Part shown: positions 9,921 through 19,419 of the stretch, one piece after another
Position numbering within the stretch: the first letter of the stretch is position 1
Layout of the letters: each line of letters begins with the position of its first letter
Assembly: GCA_022447825.1 (NCBI GenBank)
Contig: JAKUTY010000002.1
Span: 11,963-75,962 of the forward strand
From: SAR202 cluster bacterium
GTDB lineage: Bacteria; Chloroflexota; Dehalococcoidia; Lucifugimonadales; UBA826
Length of the DNA: 64,000 nucleotides
Direction: 5' to 3'
Notes under the pieces: generated by a model
Database searches by the model: none
What the model was told of the DNA's origin: nothing
What the model saw: only the letters and a program-made list of their open reading frames with translations
Translations under genes and position numbers: made by a program

Positions 9921-11624
9921 TCACATTGGTTCAGGAGTATGGCTTTTCCATTTAGTTACAGCAGCTTCTGCTCTTGGGCTTATAGAATTTGATATTTGAA
10001 TGTTGAGTAATGATGGTAGGTTTTGGTTAATGGCCCTATTTAACGCATTTGTTAGATCGTCGGATTTAGTAACATGTTCAGAATACCCTCCCAATCCTGA
10101 AACAACTTTGTCATATCTAGAAGGTAATAATTTAGTAGCAACACTTTTTCCGAAAACTTTTTCTTGAATATGTTTATCAATTCCCCATGTCGAGTCATTA
10201 CCCATGATTCCTATAAAGGGCAGATTGTGTCTTACAGCAGTGTCGTATTCAAATCCATTGAAACCAAACGCGCCATCTCCGGTGAAGATAAACACTCTTT
10301 TGTTTGGATGAGCAATTTTTGCTGCAAGTGCTGTTGGTATCGCCTGTCCAAGCATTCCTGATGTAGGTAAATACCACCAAGACTTAGGTGAATTCGATTG
10401 ATGAAATGCTCTTCCAAAATGGCAAAAATCTCCACCATCAAAAACTAAAATGTCATCATCAGTTAAAAGTTCACCTACGGTTTTGTGTACAAAAGAAGCA
10501 TGCATTGGATTTTGATTTTGAGCATTAATGGAAAGTTGTTCTTTTTGTGTTTTTTGAGCTTCTTTTAATTCTTCTAGCCATTCTAAATGATTCCATTTGT
10601 GTTTTTTGGATTCTGAGAGTATTTGAGGAATGATACCTCCAATATCACCGGTAATTCCAATGTCTACTTTGCGATTTCGTCCAATGACTGATTCGTCTGG
10701 ATCTATCTGAATTATTTTTGCAGAAGTTGGGACTACAGGATTCATTGCATACCCTATGATTAAATCCTGCTTTCTTCCTATTAGTATCAGTAAATCTGTT
10801 TCCCTGATTTTTTTTGCTGCAAGATTTAATCCATTATCAAAAAAACCACAACTAAATTCATGGGAATCAGGGATAATCCCTCTTGCATCTCCCTCAGTCA
10901 TTACGGGGAACTTTATTGTGTTTATTAATTCATTAATTGAATCTGTGGAGTTTGAATATGCTGCAGCGCTACCCAAGATTATGAGTGGCTTTTTTGCATT
11001 TTGCATTAATTCAATCATGTTTGATAATTGAGAATTTGTAGCAGATCCTGAATTTTGAATCTCAAATGATTCTGTGAAGAATTCATAATTTTCGTAATCA
11101 TCAACTTCCATTTGTTGCACATCTACAGGAATTGTTATGTGAACTGGCCCTCTTCTGCCTGAGTATGCAACTCGAATTGCGTGACCTATCATGTCAGGAA
11201 TTCTTCTAGGATCTGTAATAATCCAGCTTCCTTTTGTGATTGGTTTAGCCATACCTACTTGATCTATTTCTTGCATGGCACCTCTTCCGAGTTCAGATAA
11301 TTCCGCAGATCCGCTTATTGATAATAGTGGTGCTTCGGAATGGATAGCGTTTGCTAGACCTGGGATAGCATTTGATAATCCAGGAGTAGTGTAGATAGAA
11401 ACTCCTAATTTTCCAGTAATCCTTCCCCATGCGTCAGCCATGTGAACTGCAGCTTGTTCGTGTCGAGTATCCCAAATTCTAAAGTTTTCACTTCCAATCA
11501 CGTCCAATGCGGGTAAGACGTGGTCTCCGGCAAGTGTAAAAATGTTTTCGACGCCTGCTTTTTCCAGTGATTTTGCTATTAAATGACTTCCAGTGATTTT
11601 GTTATTTTGCATATTAGTTCCCAT
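9921..11624 (-). CDS. thiamine-pyrophosphate enzyme (acetolactate synthase / oxalyl-CoA decarboxylase-like)
   Basis: N-terminal Pyr domain (GSHLIAKSLEKAGVENIF) and C-terminal TPP motif GDGAFGFNG...N; 567 aa. Substrate cannot be assigned from motifs. Confidence 0.8.
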   Translation of the reverse strand: MGTNMQNNKITGSHLIAKSLEKAGVENIFTLAGDHVLPALDVIGSENFRIWDTRHEQAAVHMADAWGRITGKLGVSIYTTPGLSNAIPGLANAIHSEAPLLSISGSAELSELGRGAMQEIDQVGMAKPITKGSWIITDPRRIPDMIGHAIRVAYSGRRGPVHITIPVDVQQMEVDDYENYEFFTESFEIQNSGSATNSQLSNMIELMQNAKKPLIILGSAAAYSNSTDSINELINTIKFPVMTEGDARGIIPDSHEFSCGFFDNGLNLAAKKIRETDLLILIGRKQDLIIGYAMNPVVPTSAKIIQIDPDESVIGRNRKVDIGITGDIGGIIPQILSESKKHKWNHLEWLEELKEAQKTQKEQLSINAQNQNPMHASFVHKTVGELLTDDDILVFDGGDFCHFGRAFHQSNSPKSWWYLPTSGMLGQAIPTALAAKIAHPNKRVFIFTGDGAFGFNGFEYDTAVRHNLPFIGIMGNDSTWGIDKHIQEKVFGKSVATKLLPSRYDKVVSGLGGYSEHVTKSDDLTNALNRAINQNLPSLLNIQISNSISPRAEAAVTKWKSHTPEPM

Positions 11625-11648
11625 AATTTCTGATAATGAGTGTAAATC

Positions 11649-11677
11649 TTGGTGCTTATTCTACCTCATGCTATACT
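11649..11677 (+). promoter_or_regulatory. putative sigma70-type promoter of the rpsF-ssb-rpsR operon
   Basis: TTGGTG (11649-11654), 17-nt spacer, TATACT (11672-11677), about 50 nt upstream of the rpsF start. Confidence 0.4.
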
Positions 11678-11725
11678 TATGAGCGCTGAAAATCCTGTAT
11701 TAGGAAAAGAAGGAAAGGTTTAAAT

Positions 11726-12016
11726 TTGGATCAAATACGTAAATATGAATTGGTAATGGCAATTACTCCTATGTCTAATGAAGAGGAGATTAATTCTATA
11801 GTTGGTAAATTAGAATCGTATATCAATGATAATGGTGGCGATTTAACTGAAAAAGACAATTGGGGGATTAAAAGATTATCTTACCCAATTCAGAAATCTA
11901 ATGAAGGAAACTATGTTAGAGCTTTATTCTCTTTACAAGCATCTGCAGTAAAAGAATTAGAAAGAATGTTGAATCTTACTGAAGAAGTGCTTTTACATAT
12001 GGTTTCAAGGGTGTAA
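11726..12016 (+). CDS. rpsF: 30S ribosomal protein S6
   Basis: YELVMAI...WGIKRLSYPI pattern. TTG start. Canonical rpsF-ssb-rpsR order. Confidence 0.9.
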   Translation: MDQIRKYELVMAITPMSNEEEINSIVGKLESYINDNGGDLTEKDNWGIKRLSYPIQKSNEGNYVRALFSLQASAVKELERMLNLTEEVLLHMVSRV

Positions 12017-12025
12017 GTATATAAA

Positions 12026-12445
12026 ATGACTATGAACAAAATTATTATCATAGGTAATTTAGGCTCAGATCCTGAAATGAGATATACACCAAAAGGCGCT
12101 CCTGTTACTTCATTTAATCTAGCAACAAATAGACGATACACAACATCTGATGGAGAAAATAGAGAAGAGACAGAATGGTTTCGAGTAAGTGCTTGGAATA
12201 GATTAGCCGAAACTTGTAATAATTATTTACAGAAGGGTAGCAAAGTCTACGTTGAAGGTCGTCTTTCTAGTAGAACTTATGTAGGAAATGACGGTCAGAC
12301 TAGGGTTTCTTTGGAAGTTAATGCAGCGAACTTAACGTTTTTAGATAGTCGAGGAAATAATTCTAATTTAGAAAATAATGATAATTTTTCTCAGTTTTCT
12401 TCAGAAGCACCTGATGAACCTGCAAATGATGATTTACCTTGGTAA
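12026..12445 (+). CDS. ssb: single-stranded DNA-binding protein
   Basis: OB-fold N-terminus (NKIIIIGNLGSDPEMRYTP.G...F.LA) and acidic C-terminal tip DDLPW. Confidence 0.9.
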   Translation: MTMNKIIIIGNLGSDPEMRYTPKGAPVTSFNLATNRRYTTSDGENREETEWFRVSAWNRLAETCNNYLQKGSKVYVEGRLSSRTYVGNDGQTRVSLEVNAANLTFLDSRGNNSNLENNDNFSQFSSEAPDEPANDDLPW

Positions 12446-12476
12446 AATAAACAATGATGATTAATTTGGAGATAAG

Positions 12477-12761
12477 ATGACATCACAGGCCCCTAAAAAA
12501 ACTGGTCAAAAACGATTTTACAGCAGAAGAAAAGTTTGCCAGCCTTGTGCAGATAAAAAACAAGACTTGGATTATAAAGATGTAGATTATCTAAAGAAAT
12601 TTTTGTCTGACAGATATATGATTGAAGCTCGTAGAAAAAGTGGTATGTGCGGAAAATGTCAGAGAACGTTTGCTAGATCAGTAAAAAGAGCAAGGCAAGT
12701 TGGATTGATACCATATAGTCCAGCTCATAAGGGAGTTAATCCCATCAATTTCAGACGTTAA
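12477..12761 (+). CDS. rpsR: 30S ribosomal protein S18
   Basis: DYKDVDYLKKFLSDRYMIEARRKSG...KCQR pattern typical of S18. Confidence 0.9.
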   Translation: MTSQAPKKTGQKRFYSRRKVCQPCADKKQDLDYKDVDYLKKFLSDRYMIEARRKSGMCGKCQRTFARSVKRARQVGLIPYSPAHKGVNPINFRR

Positions 12762-12788
12762 TTTCAAAATTAACAATTAGGTGGGTAA

Positions 12789-13919
12789 TTGGCTAAATTA
12801 ACATCTGTGAATTCTAAAAATTTATCTAATGATAGTCGTCATGCTACTATTCAAGATCCCAATTTAAAAAAGAAAAATAGACTTGTATTTTTATCTTTAG
12901 GTGTTTCTTGTTCAATAATTTTGATAATGATTTTTATTGGATTTTTGCTAGTTTTTGTACTTCCCCCAAGACATTTGGTGGTTAGCATTAATGATGTTAA
13001 ATATACTAGAGGTGATTTGGTAGAGACGGTAAGAGTAAATAAGACTACTGAAATATTTTTAGGCCCTGATGCTGATAAGGGATCAACCATTTTTGATACA
13101 TTACAAAAAATAGTTGAAAATGAAATAATATCTCAATCTGCTCCCTCATATGGTGTAAGCGTAACCAATTCAGAAATTGATAGCATAATTGAATATGTGA
13201 TGCAATCTACTGAAGATCAAAATTCTGGTAAAACAAAACAGCAGATTCAGTTAGAAACCCGGGAAAGATATTTGAGATACTTAAATCAAGTCCAAGTAGA
13301 TGAAGATTCTCATAAAGAACAATTAAGAAAAGCTTTATTAAGAGAAAAAATGAAACAGTGGTCCGGAGAAACAGTACCTTATGTGGCTGAACAAGTACAT
13401 TTGTTTAGAATGTTAATTCCATTGTCGGGCGAATATGAGATTATGCAAACTAACTATAGTGACGCCGTAAAAAATGCTCTAACTTCAGAAGACTATGAAG
13501 ACGCATTTAAATATTTAGCCAAAGAATTTTCGGTAGATGATCCTATTATGATTAGGCAAGGTGGTGATATGGGATGGGTTCCAAAAGGAGTTATTGAATA
13601 CGAAAGAGACTTTTTTGATTTGGAAATAGGTGAATTGAGTGATCCAATCAAAAATAAAGATAACCCGTCTACAATGATATTTTTTATGGTTTCTGATAAA
13701 CAAACTGCTGCTGAGTTAGATCAGTCTATGAGAGAAAAACTCAAAACTAATGCGTTACAAAAATGGGTAAATAAAGAAAGAAGTCGGCACGATATTTTTG
13801 CTGAGTTTAACTCAGACGTATATGCTTGGGTAGGCGAACAACTGAAATTAAATGATCGTTCACCTACTCCAACTCCTAATCCAGATCCCTTACAACAATT
13901 TATTTCAAGTGGAAGTTAA
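12789..13919 (+). CDS. membrane-anchored PpiC/parvulin-type peptidyl-prolyl isomerase (SurA/PrsA-like)
   Basis: N-terminal TM helix and parvulin motif GGDMGWVPKG near the C-terminal third. Confidence 0.7.
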   Translation: MAKLTSVNSKNLSNDSRHATIQDPNLKKKNRLVFLSLGVSCSIILIMIFIGFLLVFVLPPRHLVVSINDVKYTRGDLVETVRVNKTTEIFLGPDADKGSTIFDTLQKIVENEIISQSAPSYGVSVTNSEIDSIIEYVMQSTEDQNSGKTKQQIQLETRERYLRYLNQVQVDEDSHKEQLRKALLREKMKQWSGETVPYVAEQVHLFRMLIPLSGEYEIMQTNYSDAVKNALTSEDYEDAFKYLAKEFSVDDPIMIRQGGDMGWVPKGVIEYERDFFDLEIGELSDPIKNKDNPSTMIFFMVSDKQTAAELDQSMREKLKTNALQKWVNKERSRHDIFAEFNSDVYAWVGEQLKLNDRSPTPTPNPDPLQQFISSGS

Positions 13920-13920
13920 A

Positions 13921-15207
13921 ATGGCAAAGGAAATTGGAGTTTCCTTATTAGGCTTAGGGGTAGTTGGATCTGGAATTGCACAACAATTAATTGCAAAAGA
14001 ACATACTTATACGCAACAAGTAGGATCGAAACTTGTTTTAAATCATGTTCTAGTGAGAGATAAAAATAAGAATAGAGATATTCAAATTTCTCAGCAATTG
14101 TTTGCTGATTCTATTGATCAAATAATAAATGATGACAAAACTGACATCGTAATTGAAGTAATTGGCGGAGAAGAGCCTGCTAAATCGTTTATCACTCAAG
14201 CTTTAAATAGCAAAAAACATGTTGTTACTGCTAATAAAGAATTAATTGCAAAGCATGGCCCTGAACTGATTTCTGTGGCTAGAGAAAATAATGTAAGAAT
14301 CTTGTTTGAAGCTAGTGTCGCTGGAGGTACCCCTATAATTGCTCCAGTATTGAGAGATTTCTCTGGTAATAATATTACTTCTATCAAAGCAATTATTAAT
14401 GGGACTACCAATTATATTTTGTCACGTATGTCTACAGAAAATGCTGATTATTTTGAAGTATTGAAAGATGCGCAAAAGTTAGGTTATGCAGAATCTGATC
14501 CCACCAATGATGTTGAAGGGATTGATGCTGCATACAAATTATCGATTTTGTCTTCACTAAGTTATAAATCGTTTGTGAAAGATTCTGATGTCTATTGTGA
14601 AGGAATTACCAATATTTCTGCTAAAGATTTTCAAATCGCAAAAGAATTGGGCTATGAAATTAAACTTATAGCTTTTTCAGAATTTAAAGATAATAAAGTT
14701 TCAGCAAGGGTACACCCTACTTTAATTTCAAAGAATCAAATGCTTGCTAATGTTCATGGCGTGTTAAATTCCGTTCAAATAGAAACTGATTTGATAGGAG
14801 AAGTTCTTTTTCATGGTGCTGGAGCAGGTTCTTTGCCAACAGCTAGTGCTGTTTTGGCTGATGTAATTGATATTTCTAGAAATATCTCATCAGGATTTGT
14901 TAATTTGGATTATATGAATATAGACCAAAATGCATCTATTGTTGAAATTTCAAACTTGAATACTAAATATTACATTCGAGTTTCTGCAAATGACGAGCCG
15001 GGTGTTTTATCTAGAATTTCGACTATTCTTGCTGATCATAAAATTAGCATTGCTTCATTTATTCAAAAGAGTTCACATGAAGGGATAGCTGAATTAGTAA
15101 TTATGACTCATGAAGCACTTGAGAAATCAATTCAGGAAGCATTAAATCAGATTAGAAATTTAAGTGTTGTAAAAGCTATAGAAAATTCGATTAGGGTAAT
15201 GGATTGA
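13921..15207 (+). CDS. hom: homoserine dehydrogenase with C-terminal ACT domain
   Basis: GLGVVGSG NAD(P) motif; GYAESDPTNDVEGIDAAYKL catalytic-region motif. Start set to ATG 13921 (MAKEIG), right after the upstream stop, rather than the track's 13852. Confidence 0.9.
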   Translation: MAKEIGVSLLGLGVVGSGIAQQLIAKEHTYTQQVGSKLVLNHVLVRDKNKNRDIQISQQLFADSIDQIINDDKTDIVIEVIGGEEPAKSFITQALNSKKHVVTANKELIAKHGPELISVARENNVRILFEASVAGGTPIIAPVLRDFSGNNITSIKAIINGTTNYILSRMSTENADYFEVLKDAQKLGYAESDPTNDVEGIDAAYKLSILSSLSYKSFVKDSDVYCEGITNISAKDFQIAKELGYEIKLIAFSEFKDNKVSARVHPTLISKNQMLANVHGVLNSVQIETDLIGEVLFHGAGAGSLPTASAVLADVIDISRNISSGFVNLDYMNIDQNASIVEISNLNTKYYIRVSANDEPGVLSRISTILADHKISIASFIQKSSHEGIAELVIMTHEALEKSIQEALNQIRNLSVVKAIENSIRVMD

Positions 15208-15563
15208 TAAATATAGAATTTTTTTATTGGAACAAATGAAGTTCTTGTAAAAAAGTGAAAGAGTCTCTTTTACATAAAGGATTTCATTTATTACTAGAGA
15301 GAGACTTTTTTATTAATCGTTTTACTAGAGAAGAGTTGGTTGATTTGTTTGAGAATCATAACGTATTTGACTTTTTATCTATCAAAAGTCCTTCATTTAA
15401 GAAGTTACAAATTGATTTAGAAAAACTTTCAGTAGAAGGGGCTATTGACTTGATGCTTGATGAGCCTAGATTGATAAGAAGGCCACTTTTGAAAATTGGG
15501 AATCAAATATTTGTTGGAGATGTTAAGTTAAGTTTTGTAAACAACTTAGAATTATTACCATAA
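15204..15563 (+). CDS. Spx/ArsC-family thiol-redox protein, candidate selenoprotein (TGA 15237-15239 read as Sec)
   Basis: The frame is open from TTG 15204 except for one TGA. Translation MINIEFFYWNK-U-SSCKKVKESL matches the family N-terminus, with U in place of the first Cys of CxxC. Downstream family motifs are SIKSPSFKKL and RLIRRPLL. The track ORF (GTG 15255) lacks the redox motif. Confidence 0.6.
15255..15273 (+). promoter_or_regulatory. candidate bacterial SECIS hairpin
   Basis: GUGAAAGA / UCUUUUAC form an 8-bp stem (one G-U) with loop GUC. The hairpin starts 15 nt after the UGA, and the apical loop begins 23 nt after the UGA. Confidence 0.35.
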
Positions 15564-15593
15564 AAAAAGGGATTCCACTGGAATCCCTTTTTT
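15562..15593. terminator. bidirectional intrinsic terminator between convergent genes
   Basis: A7 (15562-15568), GGGATTCC (15569-15576), loop ACT, GGAATCCC (15580-15587), T6 (15588-15593). Confidence 0.8.
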
Positions 15594-15613
15594 AGTGATT
15601 TGATTTGATAGAT

Positions 15614-16690
15614 TTAGTTCTTCTTGAAAAGAAGTATTCCACCACTGGTAACTACTAGCAAGGCTCCTAATACTAGAGATAATTGCATTGTAATTGTTAA
15701 AAATTTATCTCCTACACTAGGAAGTCCTAGTCCTAACACAGATGTATTAACTGACTTGCCATCAATAGTTGATGCTTCTAAATCGCCCTCTATCACAGAT
15801 AAAGAACCTAATCCTTGTGCAGCTTCTATTGCTTTGTGTATTCCTCCAGCACCAGGTATTTCAACTCGGTTACCGTCTGAATCATATTCAAATTTGTCTG
15901 GAAGACCGTTAAGGATTGCATGTGAGTCAGCAACAGATCCACCGGATGCACTTCCTACATATGTTTGAGCTACTGCAAGTGAAGAAGTTCCAGATACACT
16001 AGAGTTATTAGCTTCAATTGAAGCTATCCAAGTATTGATGTTAGTTACTATAGCATCAACACCAGATACGTCTAAACTCTCATCGGTACTTTTGACATTT
16101 GCACTAGCAGATGAAATATTTTCAACTGCTGTTTTTAAGTCACTAATGTCTGAATTACTACTTTCAACACTTGTTTGAATAGATTCTAATGTTGTCGAAG
16201 AGCTTGCTGTTTCTAGGTTTGTTTTAAGTGAATTTGCACTTTCTTTAGCATCGTTAATACTTGAAACTAAGGCAGATACAGATGCACTATTTGCATAACT
16301 ATTACTAGCACTGTATGTGTTTGATGAATTTTCTAATATAAATCTGCTATATTTTGATAGTAAATTAGTACCATCGTAAGCAGCGCTTGAAGAGTCAAAT
16401 GTGAAATCGATTGATCCTGTACTTTGAACTACTCCTTGCAGTGTTGCTACTTCAACATCTACATCAGAAAGTTTAAATTGTTGTCCATCTGAAGAAATTA
16501 AAGATGCTGTGTAACTTCCAGGGGCTATTCCTGAAACTGAAATGATAGCCGAGTCATTGTGCCCAGCATCATCAGCGAATGTTACTGTACCGTATACAAC
16601 TGGATCATTAGCCTCAGCAATTGATCCAAATGGTATTGCAAATGTAAATATAGTAAGAGCAAATATGGCTATAGTCTTGATTCTGAACAT
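15614..16690 (-). CDS. secreted Ser/Ala/Thr-rich surface protein with C-terminal anchor
   Basis: N-terminal signal peptide (MFRIKTIAIFALTIFTFAIPFGSIAEA). Low-complexity S/A/T-rich body. C-terminal LPSVGD, then a hydrophobic helix, then a KKN tail. AAGGAGG SD. Confidence 0.5.
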   Translation of the reverse strand: MFRIKTIAIFALTIFTFAIPFGSIAEANDPVVYGTVTFADDAGHNDSAIISVSGIAPGSYTASLISSDGQQFKLSDVDVEVATLQGVVQSTGSIDFTFDSSSAAYDGTNLLSKYSRFILENSSNTYSASNSYANSASVSALVSSINDAKESANSLKTNLETASSSTTLESIQTSVESSNSDISDLKTAVENISSASANVKSTDESLDVSGVDAIVTNINTWIASIEANNSSVSGTSSLAVAQTYVGSASGGSVADSHAILNGLPDKFEYDSDGNRVEIPGAGGIHKAIEAAQGLGSLSVIEGDLEASTIDGKSVNTSVLGLGLPSVGDKFLTITMQLSLVLGALLVVTSGGILLFKKN

Positions 16691-16839
16691 AGCGACGTGT
16701 TGCCTCCTTGACCGCTAATTTTTATGCACGTGCTGTTAGAGCTACATGCGGTTATACCCTAACACAAACAATAGCCTGATTGTATATCGTTTATGCCAAG
16801 ATTATGAACAATTTTATATCATTTTGATAAAATTCTTTA

Positions 16840-17589
16840 TTGATGAGTATTTTTGATACAAATAAGAGCTATGACTTTGGTGATTTTTTACCAAATATTT
16901 TGAAATTGGGTATTAATCCAACCCAATCTCAATTGAATTCAATTATTAGTTTTTTTGAATTGTTGGTAAATGAAAACAAATCATTTAATCTTACTTCTAT
17001 TGTTGAATGGGAACCTTTTTTATTACGACATATATTAGACTCTGCTTGTCTAAATCTTGTTTTTTCTGAAAATGATTACAAGGTTAATTTATTAGATATT
17101 GGTTCAGGTGCAGGAATACCAGGAATTCCTATAAAAATTTTTAATCCTGATTTCAAAGTACAAATGATGGATGCTACTAAGAAAAAAATTGGATTTATAG
17201 ATAAAGTAATATCCCAATTAGGCCTTACAGATACATATTCTCATCATGGTCGAGCAGAAGAACTAGGGCATCATTCTGGATTTAGAGGTCAATTTGATTA
17301 TGTTACTGCAAGAGCAGTAGCTGAGTTACCTACCCTCCTCGAGTTGATGCTTCCATTCGTTAAGCAAGGTGGGTATGCAGTAGCTATGAAAGGTGAAACT
17401 GTAAATCAGGAAATACAAAAATCTACAAAAGCTCTACATGAATTAGGCGGGAAAATTATAAACATTATTGATCCTTCTGAATTTATTCAAAATTATCCGG
17501 GTTTTTTGGTTGTAATAGAAAAAATTAGTGAAACGCCCACGCGATATCCTAGAAGAAATGGGGTTCCTGTGAAGTCTCCATTGATCTGA
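16840..17589 (+). CDS. rsmG: 16S rRNA (guanine527-N7)-methyltransferase
   Basis: LLDIGSGAGIPGIPIKI SAM motif; RsmG/GidB family length and pattern (RAVAELPTLLE). TGA stop. Confidence 0.85.
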   Translation: MMSIFDTNKSYDFGDFLPNILKLGINPTQSQLNSIISFFELLVNENKSFNLTSIVEWEPFLLRHILDSACLNLVFSENDYKVNLLDIGSGAGIPGIPIKIFNPDFKVQMMDATKKKIGFIDKVISQLGLTDTYSHHGRAEELGHHSGFRGQFDYVTARAVAELPTLLELMLPFVKQGGYAVAMKGETVNQEIQKSTKALHELGGKIINIIDPSEFIQNYPGFLVVIEKISETPTRYPRRNGVPVKSPLI

Positions 17590-17671
17590 TGTGAGGACCG
17601 TTTTGAAAATATAGAATCTTTAGACTTTTTAGATTAAAATCAATTTTATTTACAATTGAGAGGAATATTAT

Positions 17672-19363
17672 ATGGCCACAAACGCTAAAGATCTTTCATT
17701 ATTGAAACACAAATCTGGCATTGTTAGTTTAGGTCCTGATAGAGCACCAGCAAGATCCATGTTAAGAGCAGTAGGTTTAAATGACGATGACATGGAAAAA
17801 CCTTTTGTTGCTGTATCTAATTTAGCTAGTGATGTTACGCCTTGTAACGTGCATTTAACTCGTATAGCAGACAAAGTTAAAGAAGGTTTATGGGATGCTA
17901 AATCTGTTCCATTTATGTTTGGAACCATCACTATTAGTGATGGTATTTCGATGGGAACTGAAGGTATGAAAGGCTCTTTGGTGAGCAGAGAAGTGATTGC
18001 AGATTCAATTGAAACAGTATGCTTTACTGAAGGTATGGATGGTTTAGTTGTAGTAGCAGCTTGTGATAAGAATATGCCTGGAGCCATGATGTCTATGGCA
18101 AGATTGAACATTCCGTCTATATTTGTTTATGGTGGAGCTATTTTACCGGGTAAATATATGGAAAAAGATATCAACATCCAAGATATGTTTGAAGCAGTTG
18201 GGGCTTATTCTAAGAAACAAATCACATATGAAGAACTGATAAATATGGAACGAGTTGCTTGTCCTGGAGAGGGAGCCTGTTCAGGTATGTTTACTGCTAA
18301 TACTATGGCTTCAGCTATCGAAGCTATGGGAATGTCATTGCCTGGAGCCTCATCTATTCCCGCTGTTGATGACAGGAATCTTGCTGTAGCTCATGAGGCT
18401 GGACAGCATATGTACTCAATGTTAGAGAAAGGTATAAAACCAAGAGATATTATGACTAGAGACGCATTTGAAAACGCTCTAAGGTTGGTGTTATCCATGG
18501 GTGGTTCAACGAATGCAGTTTTGCATCTACTAGCTATAGCTAGAGAAGCTGAAGTTGAATTGACTATTGATGATTTTGATAAGTTCAGTCGAGAGACTCC
18601 TTATTTAACGGATTTGAGACCTGGTGGTAAATATGTGATGTCAGATGTGGATCGTTCTGGTGGAGTTCAGGTTGTAATGAAAGAATTGTTAAGAGGCGGA
18701 TTGTTACACGGAGACGCAATGACGATTAATGGTAAATCTATCGCAGAGAATTTAGAGTCTGTTGAAACTTTACCCGATGAGAGAGTGATATTTTCAATTC
18801 CTAATGCAAAAAGCACTACTGGTGGATTGGCTATTTTGAAAGGAAACTTAGCTCCAGATGGTGCTGTCATCAAAGTTGCTGGGACTAGTATTAAGAAACA
18901 TGAAGGTCCTGCAAAAGTATTTGATGGCGAAAGACTGGCTTTTGAGGCTATTACTAATGGTGAAATAGAACATGGTGATGTTGTAGTAATAAGATACGAG
19001 GGTCCAAAAGGTGGACCCGGAATGCAAGAAATGCTAGCAGTTACTGGAGCCATAATGGGTGCTGGGTTAGGGGATTCTACTATATTAATTACTGATGGTA
19101 GATTCTCTGGTGCAACAAGAGGCGGTTCAATTGGACACGTTGCGCCTGAAGCTGCTGTTGGAGGTCCAATAGGCTTGATACAAAATGGAGACATAATTAC
19201 ATTAGATATTGAGACAAGGCTACTAAACGTGAATATTTCTGATGAAGAAATGGAAAAAAGAAAAGCATCATGGACCCCTAGGAAACCAAATTACGCTAGA
19301 GGAGTGCTTGCAAAATATGCCAAGTTGGTGTCTTCAGCATCTGAAGGTGCAGTAACTAGTTAG
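17672..19363 (+). CDS. ilvD: dihydroxy-acid dehydratase
   Basis: [23 protein letters not shown] and DGRFSG motifs are diagnostic of IlvD; 563 aa. Confidence 0.95.
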   Translation: MATNAKDLSLLKHKSGIVSLGPDRAPARSMLRAVGLNDDDMEKPFVAVSNLASDVTPCNVHLTRIADKVKEGLWDAKSVPFMFGTITISDGISMGTEGMKGSLVSREVIADSIETVCFTEGMDGLVVVAACDKNMPGAMMSMARLNIPSIFVYGGAILPGKYMEKDINIQDMFEAVGAYSKKQITYEELINMERVACPGEGACSGMFTANTMASAIEAMGMSLPGASSIPAVDDRNLAVAHEAGQHMYSMLEKGIKPRDIMTRDAFENALRLVLSMGGSTNAVLHLLAIAREAEVELTIDDFDKFSRETPYLTDLRPGGKYVMSDVDRSGGVQVVMKELLRGGLLHGDAMTINGKSIAENLESVETLPDERVIFSIPNAKSTTGGLAILKGNLAPDGAVIKVAGTSIKKHEGPAKVFDGERLAFEAITNGEIEHGDVVVIRYEGPKGGPGMQEMLAVTGAIMGAGLGDSTILITDGRFSGATRGGSIGHVAPEAAVGGPIGLIQNGDIITLDIETRLLNVNISDEEMEKRKASWTPRKPNYARGVLAKYAKLVSSASEGAVTS

Positions 19364-19419
19364 TGTGTGATCATAATCACAATGATACAATTAGATTAAT
19401 TATTATTTAGAGGTAAATT

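Noticed and set aside
15237-15239. Whether the in-frame TGA indicates a genome-wide recoded TGA (code 4 or 25).
   Set aside because: TGA terminates well-supported genes here at the expected protein ends (hom at 15205-15207, rsmG at 17587-17589). All other family-length ORFs close normally under the standard code.
15624-15968. 114-aa plus-strand ORF inside the surface-protein gene.
   Set aside because: It is antisense to a gene that has a signal peptide, an SD and a C-terminal anchor. It has no start context and looks like an artefact of repetitive Ser/Ala codons.
17668-19194. Long antisense ORFs (147 aa and 175 aa) inside ilvD.
   Set aside because: They are shadow ORFs opposite a strongly supported, motif-rich IlvD frame, with biased low-complexity P/S/A composition typical of antisense translation.
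19364-19381. Small palindrome TGTGAT-CATA-ATCACA just after the ilvD stop; considered as a terminator.
   Set aside because: It has only a 6-bp AT-rich stem and no U-tract, so it is too weak to call.
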